Shown piece after piece: positions 9,450 through 20,865 of a stretch of DNA of 36,091 nt (positions are counted from its first letter, which is position 1; every line of letters starts with the position of its first letter). The notes under the pieces were generated by a model that was given only the letters and a program-made list of their open reading frames with translations, made no database searches and was not told where the DNA came from. Source of the DNA: an uncultured bacterium (GTDB lineage: Bacteria > Lernaellota > Lernaellaia > Lernaellales > Lernaellaceae); NCBI GenBank assembly GCA_964534375.1, contig CAZHPN010000045.1:1-36091 (forward strand), given 5' to 3'. Made by a program: the position numbers and the translations under genes.

Positions 9450-10412
9450 TCATACCGTCTTCCCGTGTTCGTAACCGCGCCGCGGCGGCTCATACGGTTT
9501 GCCGCGGCGCGTCGCCGCGACGCCGGCGCCGGCGCGCATCAGCCCGATGACCGTCGCGTCCGGCAGGGCGCGGCGCAGTTCCGGCAAATCGTGCGGGTCG
9601 ACGGTCGCCAGAAGCTGATAATCGTCGCCGGCGCCCGCGGCCGCATCGACTGCGTCGAGGCCGAGCCGCGCGGCGGTCTCGCGCGTGGCGTCGTCGAGCG
9701 GAACCCGGTCGAGATCGACGTCGGCGCCGACGCCGCCCGCTTCGCACAGGTGGCCGAGATCCTGCAGCAGACCGTCGGAAACGTCGATCATCGCCGTCGC
9801 CAACGGCGCGAGCGCCGCGCCGTCGGCCAGCCGCGCCCGCGGCCGGCGGTACGCCTCGCCGCAACGCCGCGCCGCCTCGCCGTCCAACCCGGCGCGCAAG
9901 GCCGCCAGGCCGATCGCCGCCGCGCCGAACGGGCCGGTGACGACGACCGCCTCGCCGGCGCGGGCCCCGCGGCGCAAGACCGGCCGCGCGGTCGCGCCGA
10001 CGACGGTGACCGTCAGCGCCAGCGGCCCGGGGGTGGAGACGGTATCGCCGCCGACAATCGCGCAGCCGTGCGCGAGCGCGCAATCGCGCACGCCGATCGC
10101 CAGTTCGTCGAGCGCCGCATCGGGCAAGTCATCCGGCCATTGCAGGCTGAGCAGCGCGCTGATCGGCCGGCGCGGATCGGCGCCGCAAGCCGCGAGATCG
10201 GACAGCGCCACGGCCAGCGCGCGCCAGCCCATGTCGGCGGGGCTCATCACGCGGCGATCGAGGTGGACGCCCTCGACGACCGTGTCGATGCTGATCAGCG
10301 TCGGCCCGGCGCCATCGAGCACGGCGCAGTCGTCGCCGATGCCCACGGGCACGCCCGGATGCCGCGCGCCGAACAGTTCGCCGGCTTTGCCAATCCAGGC
10401 GAATTCACGCAT
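9450..10412 (-). CDS. thiL: Thiamine-monophosphate kinase
   Basis: ATG 10412 after GAGAGGG. Motifs MREFAWI, GIGDDCAV, DTVVEGVH, LSDLAACGA, IVGGDT, RRGARAG, MIDVSDGLLQDLGH, GDDYQLL, GYEH. Confidence 0.93.
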   Translation of the reverse strand: MREFAWIGKAGELFGARHPGVPVGIGDDCAVLDGAGPTLISIDTVVEGVHLDRRVMSPADMGWRALAVALSDLAACGADPRRPISALLSLQWPDDLPDAALDELAIGVRDCALAHGCAIVGGDTVSTPGPLALTVTVVGATARPVLRRGARAGEAVVVTGPFGAAAIGLAALRAGLDGEAARRCGEAYRRPRARLADGAALAPLATAMIDVSDGLLQDLGHLCEAGGVGADVDLDRVPLDDATRETAARLGLDAVDAAAGAGDDYQLLATVDPHDLPELRRALPDATVIGLMRAGAGVAATRRGKPYEPPRRGYEHGKTV

Positions 10413-10501
10413 CTGCCGCCCTCTCACGACCAAGGTTCAACGACACATAACATAGTAATTCGGCCGCGCCGCTGAAAGGCTGAGTGGCCAAGGGGGTTCG
10501 C

Positions 10502-10530
10502 TATCGGTCCTATAGGACTTATGGGTCCTA
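10502..10530. repeat. Three degenerate 9-mers of the TATAGG(T/A)CC family
   Basis: tatcggtcc-tataggact-tatgggtcc-ta; same family as 23541-23576. Confidence 0.75.
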
Positions 10531-10577
10531 GGGCGCTGGTTGGGAAAAACGGCACGGCATATGCGGCTCGTTGCCTA

Positions 10578-10614
10578 CCCAATCCCCAGTCCCCAGTCCC
10601 CAATCCCCAGCCCC
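10578..10614. repeat. Five tandem CCCCA(A/G)T heptamers (STRR-like)
   Basis: cccaat-ccccagt-ccccagt-ccccaat-ccccagc-ccc, directly abutting the carboxylesterase TAG (10615-10617). Confidence 0.9.
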
Positions 10615-12453
10615 CTAAAGATCCGCCCGCGCATGATACGGAAACGGCTTGCACTCGGGCACGGCGGCGTAATCTTCCTTCGTGAAGCCCCAGCCGATAT
10701 AGACCCGCGATTGCAGCATTTCGCATTGGCCTGCGACGCCGAGCGCTTTGTCGGCCAACATCGCCGCGATTACGGCCTTGTCGTCGAGGTCGCTCTTTTC
10801 CAGCCGCCAGCCGCCGCCCTTCGGCGCGGCGAACACCATATGATTTCTGGCGGAACCGAAGGGCGCCCATTCGGGCAGGTTTCCCGAAGTTCCGCGGCCG
10901 GGTTTGCCGGTGCGCGCGAATTCGCCCCAGTACCCCATCACGGCGTCGGACAGCGCCAGCCGGCCCGCGCGGTTGTCCGCGGTGAAGATCATGTTGGCCA
11001 TCTTGCCGCCGAGGTCGAAGTGTCCGAACACGAAGGGGACTTCCATCCCATGCGCGGCGCCGAACATTTTCGAGAGATCGGCGCCGTACAGTGTCGGCTC
11101 TTCATCCCAGTCGAAGCGGTAGACGAAGGCGTCCTGCTGCTGCGCCTGAATTGCCGCGGCCGGCAGATCGGCGCCGGCGACCTTCATCATTTTCGAGATG
11201 AAGGCGGTCGTGCGCAGGTAAAGGTCCTCGTGGACGAACTGAGGAATGAGCCCGTCCGTCCGAATGAAGCGTTCGTCGCGGAACAGGAACAGGCGCGCTT
11301 CGTCGCGGGTCGTCCCGAGGATGACCGGCATCTTGTTCCAGCCGTCGGGCCGCTGGAAGTTGCGCGCGCAGCCCGAGGAAATCACGACGCCGTCGTCGAA
11401 CAATTGCGGATAAATCGCAATGGTTTTCTTCGTCGGCGTCGCCGCGATGATTTGTTTTGCCGACTTCGAGCGCAAATAGGCGGCCACCGCGGCCGGGCTC
11501 ATGCCCCCCAGCTTCCGCTTCGCCGCGGCGCGATCGAGATTGAATTCGTCTTGCAGCAGGGCCAGCACGACCTCGCCCGAACTTTTCGTGCTGCCCGGCT
11601 CCGGCGCGTCCGCGAAGTTCTCCGCCTCGGCCGCCGAGGAGCAATAAACGCCGCCGCTTTCGGCGATCGCGCGATGAAAAAGGCCCTTGGCGAGCGGCGA
11701 AATCAGCAGCGAGTAAGTGTTCTTGGCGCCGGCGGATTCGCCGAAGACGGTCACGTTGTCCGGGCTCCCGCCGAACGCCGCGATGTTGTCGTGCACCCAG
11801 CGCAGCGCCAGCAGGATGTCGAGCAGACCGTAATTCCCCGACCGCTCCGTGTCGGTCTTGGCCGAGTCGCGCAGCGCCGCGAGGCGGAACCAGCCGAGCG
11901 GGCCGAGGCGATATTGCACGGTCACGACGATGGCCTTTTGCGTCGTCGCGAGATGGCCGCCCTCGTACCGTGCGGCGGCGCCAACCGAATTGCCGCCGCC
12001 GTGAATCCACAGCATGACGGGCAGGCGGGCGTCGCCCTTGGGCACGGCGTCGGCCGCGATGGGCGGGGAAAAGACATTCAACGACAGGCAATCTTCGTCG
12101 CCCCCGACCGTGCCCCTGGGCCCGGAGACGCCGGCGATCATGCTCGTGTACTGCGGGCAGGCGGCGCCGAACGACAAGGCCTCGTGCACGCCGGCCCACG
12201 GCTTCGCCGGCTGCGGGTCGCGCCAGCGAAGGTCGCCGACCGGCGGTTCGGCGTAGGGAATGCCCAGCCAGGCATAGGCGCCGTAACGGCCGTCGCCGCC
12301 GACGATTTCGCCGACCGGCAACGTGCGTTTGGTTTGCGGGTTGGCTTTTTCGATGGCGTAGATTTTGGAACTCTGTTCGCAGGCGACGCACCACAGCGCC
12401 GTCACGACGACCAGACAACAAACGATTCGTGGCCACAGGCTGCGAAACTTCAT
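10615..12453 (-). CDS. Type-B carboxylesterase/lipase family lipoprotein
   Basis: ATG 12453 after GGGAG; lipobox CVAC. Motifs GIPYAEPPVGDLRW, EDCLSLNV, WIHGGG, QYRLG, GNYGLLD, nucleophile GESAG, catalytic His AAHGMEV. The upstream part of the ORF-track call overlaps dinG and is excluded. Confidence 0.9.
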   Translation of the reverse strand: MKFRSLWPRIVCCLVVVTALWCVACEQSSKIYAIEKANPQTKRTLPVGEIVGGDGRYGAYAWLGIPYAEPPVGDLRWRDPQPAKPWAGVHEALSFGAACPQYTSMIAGVSGPRGTVGGDEDCLSLNVFSPPIAADAVPKGDARLPVMLWIHGGGNSVGAAARYEGGHLATTQKAIVVTVQYRLGPLGWFRLAALRDSAKTDTERSGNYGLLDILLALRWVHDNIAAFGGSPDNVTVFGESAGAKNTYSLLISPLAKGLFHRAIAESGGVYCSSAAEAENFADAPEPGSTKSSGEVVLALLQDEFNLDRAAAKRKLGGMSPAAVAAYLRSKSAKQIIAATPTKKTIAIYPQLFDDGVVISSGCARNFQRPDGWNKMPVILGTTRDEARLFLFRDERFIRTDGLIPQFVHEDLYLRTTAFISKMMKVAGADLPAAAIQAQQQDAFVYRFDWDEEPTLYGADLSKMFGAAHGMEVPFVFGHFDLGGKMANMIFTADNRAGRLALSDAVMGYWGEFARTGKPGRGTSGNLPEWAPFGSARNHMVFAAPKGGGWRLEKSDLDDKAVIAAMLADKALGVAGQCEMLQSRVYIGWGFTKEDYAAVPECKPFPYHARADL

Positions 12454-12581
12454 TTTTTTCTCCCGCGTGTGACGCGCCGTGGCGAGGGCGTGCCGCCCGT
12501 TTGGTTTTCGCGCGTCGACCGTTGCGGCGGTTATTATGGCCGACGCGTTGCGCCGGCGCAATTCTGTATTCGCGGGGTCGA

Positions 12582-14570
12582 TCACTCCGAACGGCGGTTT
12601 TCCCAATATTTCAAGACATCGCCCAGTTCGGACGTTTGCGCGAACGGCGGCAAGCTGCGGATGATGCGCTTGCCGTAGCTCTTGAGGCGCAGGCGGCTGT
12701 CGAGGAGCGCGAGGACGCCGCGGTCGTCGGAGGTGCGGATCAGCCGGCCGAGGCCCTGCTTGAGCATGATGATCGCGGCGGGAAGCTGGTATTCGTTGAA
12801 CGGCTCGCCGCCATCGGCTTCGATTTTCTCCATGCGCGCGGCGACCAGCGGATCGCTGGGGCTGGCGAACGGCAGCTTGTCGATGACCACGCAACGCAGC
12901 GCTTCGCCGGGCACGTCGACGCCTTCCCAGAAGCTGGCCGTGGCGAAGAGCACGGTTTCCGGTTCGCGCCGTTTGCGTTCGAGCAGCAGGTGTTTCGGGG
13001 CCTGGCCCTGGAGCATGCAGGGAAACGGCAGGCGGTCTTTGAGCGCGTGATACACGGCTTCCATGTTGCGGATCGAGGTGAACAGACAGAGGCTCCGGCC
13101 GCCGGCCGTGCGGACCAGCGAGGCGATTTGCTCGATCAGCGTCGCGAGAAAATCGTCGTCGCGCGGGTCCGGCAGATGCCCGGGCAGGTAGAGCAAACCC
13201 TGGCGCGCGTAATCGAAGCACGTGGGCAGGATTTCTTCGACCGTGTCGAACGTAATGCCCAAGCGGCTCTTGATGTAGCGGAAATCGCCCTGCGTGGAAA
13301 GCGTCGCGCTGGTGAAAACCACGGCCGTCGTGTACGCAAACAAGCTGTCCTGCATCGGCCCGGCGAGGTCGATCGGGTCCTTGTGCAGCACGAGCGTCCG
13401 TTGGCGCTGCTCGCGCCAATAGACGAAATTCCGATCGTCGGCGGCGCAGACCTCGTCGGCCGTACGCGCCAATTCGGCGATGCGGCGGGCCAGCAACGGA
13501 AATTCCGCGACGGCCTCGGGCGCTTTCCCCGGGCCGCGGCCAAGCGTCTCCAGTTTCGCGGCGAGGGCGTCGGCGGTCTCGCGCAACGCCATCAACGCTT
13601 CCTCAGCCTCCGGCGGGAAGTTCTCCGGCCGCAAGCGGTCGTTGTCGAGCCGCATCGCCCGGCAGGCCGTGAACAGCGTGTCGCGCGCGCCGTGCAGGTC
13701 GATGAGCAGTTTTTCCAACGCGCCGGCGGGAACCTTCGCGGCGCCGAGCGCACGGTCGAGATTGCGCTCCCAGTCGTCGAAGGCCCACGAACTGGTCGTT
13801 TTGCCGAAGAAGCTGACGGCCGCGTCTTCGATCTGATGCGCCTCGTCGCAAATCACGGCGTCGTATTCCGGCAACGCCTGGCCTTCGCCGCCGCTGGCCA
13901 TCCGCACCGCGAGATCGGCGAACAGCAGGTGATGATTGACGACGACCAGGTCGGCCTTCGCGGCGCGGGCGCGCACCCGGCCGATGAAGCACGCGCGATT
14001 CGTCGGGCAGCGTCCGCCGAGGCAGGTCTCGGGCGCGGCGCAGATGTCGCGCCACAGCGCGCTGTCGTCGGGCAAATCGGCGATTTCGGCGCGGTCGCCC
14101 GTCGGCGTTCGTTCGGCCCATTTCTGGATGGCCGTGAAGCGTTTGATGTCGGCGCGGGCGGCGAAGGTCGGCTCGCGTTCGAACTCGGCGAACCGGCGGC
14201 GGCAGAGATAATTGCGCCGGCCTTTGATGACTACCGCGTCGATGGCGCGGCCCAGCGCGCGCGCCGCCAGCGGGATATCCTTCGCGACGATCTGCTCCTG
14301 CAGAGCTTTGGTGCCCGTGGACACGACGACGTGGCGGCCCGAGAGCACGGCGGGAATCAGATACGCGATCGTCTTGCCCGTGCCGGTCGGGGCCTCGATC
14401 AGCGCCACGCCGTCGTCGGCGAGCGTCGCGAGCACCCGCTCGGCCATGCGGGCCTGACCGGGGCGATGTTCGTACTTGTCGAAGGCCGCGGCGAGGGCGC
14501 CGTCGGGGCCGAACAATGCATCCAATTTCGTTGCCGCCTTATCCTGGCCGGGCCTGGCGCGGCCGGCCAA
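12582..14570 (-). CDS. dinG: DinG/YoaA-family Fe-S ATP-dependent DNA helicase
   Basis: Q motif RPGQ, Walker A EAPTGTGKT, KGRRNYLC, Fe-S cysteines (CLGGRCPTNRAC), VVNHHLL, DEAH, TSATL, SFWEGVDVPG, QGLGRLIR. Confidence 0.92.
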   Translation of the reverse strand: MAGRARPGQDKAATKLDALFGPDGALAAAFDKYEHRPGQARMAERVLATLADDGVALIEAPTGTGKTIAYLIPAVLSGRHVVVSTGTKALQEQIVAKDIPLAARALGRAIDAVVIKGRRNYLCRRRFAEFEREPTFAARADIKRFTAIQKWAERTPTGDRAEIADLPDDSALWRDICAAPETCLGGRCPTNRACFIGRVRARAAKADLVVVNHHLLFADLAVRMASGGEGQALPEYDAVICDEAHQIEDAAVSFFGKTTSSWAFDDWERNLDRALGAAKVPAGALEKLLIDLHGARDTLFTACRAMRLDNDRLRPENFPPEAEEALMALRETADALAAKLETLGRGPGKAPEAVAEFPLLARRIAELARTADEVCAADDRNFVYWREQRQRTLVLHKDPIDLAGPMQDSLFAYTTAVVFTSATLSTQGDFRYIKSRLGITFDTVEEILPTCFDYARQGLLYLPGHLPDPRDDDFLATLIEQIASLVRTAGGRSLCLFTSIRNMEAVYHALKDRLPFPCMLQGQAPKHLLLERKRREPETVLFATASFWEGVDVPGEALRCVVIDKLPFASPSDPLVAARMEKIEADGGEPFNEYQLPAAIIMLKQGLGRLIRTSDDRGVLALLDSRLRLKSYGKRIIRSLPPFAQTSELGDVLKYWENRRSE

Positions 14571-14577
14571 ACTCGTT

Positions 14578-16509
14578 TCAGTAAATTTCCTCGATTTGCG
14601 AGGCGCCGACGCGCAACAGGAAGAGCCGGCGCTCGGCGTCGCGGTTTTCGCCGATCGTGATGTCGCCGGTCACGCCGGGGAAATCGCGCACGCGCAGCAA
14701 CTCGCGGATGACCGCCGCGCGGTCGAGTTCGCCCGGGCGGCCGACGATCTTGGCCATGATGCGCGCCGTGTCGTAGCCGGCCGCGGCGAGAATGTTCGGC
14801 GGATGATGAAACGCCTCTTCGTAGCGCTGCACGAACGGCTCGATTTCCGCATTGGCCTTGCTGCGCGGGAAGAACGCGTCGACGAAAACCGCCTTGGTCA
14901 AATACCGGCCGGCCCGTTTCGCCAGGTCGTCGTCGTTCCACGAATTGACGCCCAGCAGCAGCACGTCGCGCACGCCGTAATAAACGAGCTGCGGCGCGAG
15001 CAGGGCGATCTGCCGCGAGCCGTCCGGCAGGAAAAGGGCGTCGAACTGGCCGTGCGCCTGCAATTGGGCGATGGCGCGTTTGTAGTCGGTTTCGTTCGGC
15101 GAATAGGCGACGGCCGCGACGAGCCGATAGTGCTGCGGGTCGAGGAATTGCGTGAACAAGTCGCGGTACGTCCGCCCTTGCGCGCTGTCGGGGTAGAGGA
15201 TCGCGAACCGGAACGCGCCCTGATGACCCGTGGCGTATTGAATCAACGCTTTGACCTCGGCGGAGGGCGTCAGGAAATTGCGGAACGTCCATTGGCCGGG
15301 GCCGAGGATGTTTTCGCGCGCGGTCAGGGCGATCAGCGGCACGCCGCGCAATTCGGCCTCGGCGACGGCCTTCTCGGCGCATTTGCCGAGCAGCGGGCCG
15401 ATAATGGCGAACACGGTCGGATCGTCGGCCAATTCGTCGACGAATTTCGCCGCAATATCCGGGTCGCCCGCGTCGTCGCGCACTACCGCCTGGAACCGGC
15501 CGGCCCCGCCCGGTCCGAACAATTCGACGCCTTGCATGATCCCCTGCAACACCTGCTGACCGAACGAAGCTTCCGGCCCGGACAGCGTCAAGATGACGCC
15601 GACCGAGCGGCGCGGCGTTTCCGTTGGCGTCGCGGGCGCGAGCGGCGCGGCGGCGACCGGCGCCGGCGCGAGCGACGGCGCGGCGCGGGTCGGCTCGGCG
15701 GCGGCGCGCGGGGCCTGCGCCTCGGCGACGTCGAGCAACTTTTCGGCCTTTTCGTAAAACGTGTAGGGTTTCTTGGTGTAGTTAATCGCGCGCAGCAACG
15801 TGGCCGCTTCCGGCCGGCGGCCGTGCTCGACGAGCCATTCGGCGACGCGGAAGCGTGTGAAATCGGCGATCGGGCCTTCGGGCAGACGCGGAATCACCGT
15901 CAGCCAATGCGCCGGCGTCAGTTCCTCGTCGACGATCCGCCGCGCCTTTTTGAGCGTCTCGACCTGGGTGTCGCGCTCGGAGTGCACCGCAGCGGCGGCG
16001 TACGTGAGCAACGCGTCGTCAAATTTTTTCACATGTTCGTAACTGTCGCCCAGCAGCAGCCGCGCCTCATCGGGATTTTTCACGCCGGCGACGCTGATGT
16101 AGTAGCTCAAGGCGGCGATCGCTTCTTCGTGTTGGCCGAGTTGCCGCCGGCAGACGCCGATTTGCCGATGGGCCTCGACCGCCAGCGGGTTGTCCGGATG
16201 CCGGGCGACCAGCATTTCATAATAATTCAACGCCTTTTCCGGCAGGTTCGCTTTCTGATAAATCGCGCCGACGCGGGACATCGACGCCGCGCCGGGCTGG
16301 CTGGACGGCCAACGCTCGATCACGGCCAGAAAGGTCTCCATGGCCTTGGCCAGGAAGTTGTTCCGGTAGTAAGCCTCCGCCTTCTCGTACATGTCCGCGG
16401 CCTCGGCGCTTACGGGTGCGGCGGGTTTGACCGCGGCGGCGCCCGACGCGCACGCGGCGGACAGCAACAGCAAGACGATGATAAAGCTCAGGCGTCGGGA
16501 TCGGCGCAT
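14578..16509 (-). CDS. Lipoprotein with N-terminal TPR (BamD-like) repeats and C-terminal type-1 periplasmic-binding fold (LpoA/LppC-like PBP activator)
   Basis: ATG 16509 after AAAGGA; lipobox SAAC; TPR helices; Ala/Pro linker; VGVILTLSG, IIGPLL, FDALFLPD, LAPQLVYY, GYD, FPGVTGDI. Confidence 0.8.
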   Translation of the reverse strand: MRRSRRLSFIIVLLLLSAACASGAAAVKPAAPVSAEAADMYEKAEAYYRNNFLAKAMETFLAVIERWPSSQPGAASMSRVGAIYQKANLPEKALNYYEMLVARHPDNPLAVEAHRQIGVCRRQLGQHEEAIAALSYYISVAGVKNPDEARLLLGDSYEHVKKFDDALLTYAAAAVHSERDTQVETLKKARRIVDEELTPAHWLTVIPRLPEGPIADFTRFRVAEWLVEHGRRPEAATLLRAINYTKKPYTFYEKAEKLLDVAEAQAPRAAAEPTRAAPSLAPAPVAAAPLAPATPTETPRRSVGVILTLSGPEASFGQQVLQGIMQGVELFGPGGAGRFQAVVRDDAGDPDIAAKFVDELADDPTVFAIIGPLLGKCAEKAVAEAELRGVPLIALTARENILGPGQWTFRNFLTPSAEVKALIQYATGHQGAFRFAILYPDSAQGRTYRDLFTQFLDPQHYRLVAAVAYSPNETDYKRAIAQLQAHGQFDALFLPDGSRQIALLAPQLVYYGVRDVLLLGVNSWNDDDLAKRAGRYLTKAVFVDAFFPRSKANAEIEPFVQRYEEAFHHPPNILAAAGYDTARIMAKIVGRPGELDRAAVIRELLRVRDFPGVTGDITIGENRDAERRLFLLRVGASQIEEIY

Positions 16510-17609
16510 ATCGTTCCTTTGGATTCGGCGACGAGGCGGGCGGCCAATTCCGCTGCCGTTTTCGGGTCGCCGTTGCGCGCGGCGTGCAGCCATGTCATGG
16601 CCGCGCGGCGGGCCGGCGCGTCCAGATTTTCCGGCAGGAAAACTTCCAGCGCCAGCACCAGGTCACCCTTTTTCTTCCGGGACTCGGCATAAAAGCCCAG
16701 GTCCGAAACGCGAATTTCGCGATCCGGGTACGAGCCCGGTGGAATGCTCACTTCCACCGCGTCGCCCGTCGGCAGTGCGACGGCCACTTTGCCGCCCTTC
16801 ATCGCCGTGCAAAACGGAATGGGCTTTTCGAGCACCAGGTCGTCGTCCCGCCGCGAGAAATGCAGCGAACCTTCGACGCGGACCTCGACGAGCAGGTCGC
16901 CGTCGCGGCCATTGGCGAGGCCGGCGTCGCCTTTGTCCTTGGCGCGCAAGACGGCGCCGTTCGCGATCCCCGCCGGCAGACGGAGCGTGACCGCGGCGTC
17001 CTCCGCTACGCGGCCCTTGCCGCGGCACGGTCGGCAGCGGCCTTCGCCGACGACGCCGAAGCCGCCGCACTTCGGGCACCGTTTCTTCAGCAGGCCGACG
17101 GCGGGGAAGAGCAACTGTCCTTTGCCGCCGCAAAGCGGGCACTCTTCCGTATGCGGCCGGCCCGCGCCGTTGCACGCCGTGCAGCGCGCGAGACGGCGGT
17201 ATTCGACCCGCAGATCGCCGCCTTTGTAGCTGTCGACGAACGAAACGGATGCTCGGCGCACGATGTCGCCGCCGTGGAGTTGCGCGCCGGCGCCAGCGGC
17301 AAAAATGGCGCGCGCGTTGCGCATGAGGTAGCCGGCGACCCGCGCTCGGCCGCTCGGTTCCTGGATCAAATCGGCGAGGCGGCGCAACGGCGGCATCATG
17401 ACGAAGAGGCGCGTGGCGTCGTAACGGCGGCGGCGCTGCGGATCGGACAACACGCGGTAGGCTTCGGTGATCGCGGCGAAACGGGCGGAATCCACCGGCT
17501 GGCCGCTCGCGTCCGGATGATGCTGGCGGAGCTGACGGCGGTACGCGGCGCGAATCGTGTCGTCGCTGTCCTTCGGCCCGACGCCGAGAATCGCGTAATG
17601 GTCGCGCAT
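16488..17609 (-). CDS. dnaJ: DnaJ-class co-chaperone (J domain, Zn finger, C-terminal domain)
   Basis: DHYAILGV, HPD motif, EAYRVLSDPQRRRRYD; four CxxCxGxG repeats (CTACNGAG, CPLCGGKG, CPKCGGFG, CRPCRGKG); GDLLVEV; follows dnaK. Confidence 0.88.
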   Translation of the reverse strand: MRDHYAILGVGPKDSDDTIRAAYRRQLRQHHPDASGQPVDSARFAAITEAYRVLSDPQRRRRYDATRLFVMMPPLRRLADLIQEPSGRARVAGYLMRNARAIFAAGAGAQLHGGDIVRRASVSFVDSYKGGDLRVEYRRLARCTACNGAGRPHTEECPLCGGKGQLLFPAVGLLKKRCPKCGGFGVVGEGRCRPCRGKGRVAEDAAVTLRLPAGIANGAVLRAKDKGDAGLANGRDGDLLVEVRVEGSLHFSRRDDDLVLEKPIPFCTAMKGGKVAVALPTGDAVEVSIPPGSYPDREIRVSDLGFYAESRKKKGDLVLALEVFLPENLDAPARRAAMTWLHAARNGDPKTAAELAARLVAESKGTICADPDA

Positions 17610-17624
17610 GCCCCCTCAACCACG

Positions 17625-17659
17625 AAAAAAGGGGGCGCCCGCCATCGGCCGCGCCCCCT
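17625..17659 (-). terminator. Intrinsic terminator/attenuator between dnaK and dnaJ
   Basis: Minus strand: gggggcgc-ggccgatggcgg-gcgccccc followed by T6, 15 nt before the dnaJ ATG. Confidence 0.75.
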
Positions 17660-17679
17660 GGGTTCGGTCGCCTAACGGG

Positions 17680-19566
<1,887 letters not shown>

Positions 19567-19611
19567 ATCCCCTTACCTCCTCACAGCCAAGACGTTTGCT
19601 CGCAGTTCAAA

Positions 19612-20523
19612 TTACGAATTGTCATTGCCGGCCTTTGCCGGCGGCGGCGAATCTGTTTCCGCAGCCTTCGCCGGCGGCGGCGCGGTTGCTTCGGCGGCGT
19701 TGGCCGGCGCCGCGGGGGCTGCCGGCGCATGGTTGTTTGCCCGTTGGCTGACGACCACGCGCGCCGGGCGAAGCAACCGATCGAACAATTTGTAGCCTTT
19801 CAAATACTCGCTGATGACGACGTTGGGGCCGACCTCGTCCGTTTCCACCGTCGCCAACGCCTCGTGGAAATTCGGGTCGAAAACCTGCCCCTTGGCTTCG
19901 ATCGGCGTCAACCCGGCCGCGACGAGCGCGGCGCCCAGTTGCTTATGCACGAGGCGCACGCCTTGCACCATCGCAGCTTTCTCTTCCGTCGAATCAGCGT
20001 GCTCGATTGCACGTTCGAGGTTATCCAAAATCGGCAAGAGTTTCAACAGCAGGTTTTCGTTGCCGAACCGCTTGACCGATTCGGCTTCTTTCGTCACCCG
20101 GCTGCGAAACTTTTCGGTTTCTTCCTGGATGGAATTCACGCGTTTCGTGAGTTCCTCGATTTGCTGCTCTTTCTCTTTCAAGGCAGCATCGTCGACCTTC
20201 GTCTCGGGCGCGCTCGCCGCCTTGCCCGCGGCGGATTTGAAAGCTCCGGCGTCTTTCTCGACGCTGATTTCTTTCTCCAAAATCCGGGAGAGAGTCGCCA
20301 ATTCGGCTTCCAGATCGGGCGTGCGCTCGACCTTTTCGCGCGGGGCGGGCGTGGCGGCAGGCGCGGCGACGGCAGGCGCGACGACGGGCGTCGGCGGCGC
20401 GGCTTTGGCTGCGGCGCGCGCTTCGGAGCGGATTTTTTCGACGGCGAGCAACGCTTCTTCAAACGCCGAACTTGGGATGCCGGCGTCGACCGTGTTCTCG
20501 TCCTCTTTGGGGTCGGTTTTCAA
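19612..20523 (-). CDS. grpE: Nucleotide exchange factor GrpE with long Ala/Pro-rich N- and C-terminal extensions
   Basis: LLPILDNLERA, FDPNFHEA, KGYKLFDRLLRPARVVV; directly upstream of dnaK; TTG start uncertain. Confidence 0.92.
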   Translation of the reverse strand: MKTDPKEDENTVDAGIPSSAFEEALLAVEKIRSEARAAAKAAPPTPVVAPAVAAPAATPAPREKVERTPDLEAELATLSRILEKEISVEKDAGAFKSAAGKAASAPETKVDDAALKEKEQQIEELTKRVNSIQEETEKFRSRVTKEAESVKRFGNENLLLKLLPILDNLERAIEHADSTEEKAAMVQGVRLVHKQLGAALVAAGLTPIEAKGQVFDPNFHEALATVETDEVGPNVVISEYLKGYKLFDRLLRPARVVVSQRANNHAPAAPAAPANAAEATAPPPAKAAETDSPPPAKAGNDNS

Positions 20524-20602
20524 GCCCGCACGTGCTCCGTGATAGAACTCTCATAGGGAGGCATTTGCGTCTGGTCCAGCGTCGATGGATCGCCCCCGTG
20601 TC

Positions 20603-20632
20603 TATATAGGGCAAGAATCGAAACGATGTCAA
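20603..20632 (-). promoter_or_regulatory. Putative sigma70-type promoter of grpE-dnaK operon
   Basis: Minus strand TTGACA (20632-20627), 18-nt spacer, TATATA (20608-20603). Confidence 0.55.
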
Positions 20633-20865
20633 GTTGTTGCCCATTTAAATTGCGCACGGCGGCCGCGGAGTCGCCCGCCGCGACGCCGTGCGCCCGACCT
20701 TCCTCCCGGAAACTTCGGCCTGCCGCATCTTTCTTCTTGAATTTGCCTCGGCGCGAAGCTAAAAAACAAGGGTTCGCCCGGGGATTCGCGAACGGGGCGC
20801 ACTTCATATCGAACAAGAAATCGTGAAGCTTCCGGCGATCCGGCCGCGAGCGCAGAAAGGTCGTT

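Noticed and set aside
12454..13419. N-terminal 322 aa of the 934-aa esterase ORF (apparent fusion)
   Set aside because: Overlaps dinG in another frame and is Arg/Pro-rich noise; a good RBS, ATG and lipoprotein signal occur at 12453
20641..20865. Lysine riboswitch upstream of lysAC (10-bp inverted repeat at 20652-20661/20684-20693)
   Set aside because: No L-box conserved AGAGGNGC core, expected multi-stem layout or terminator recognised
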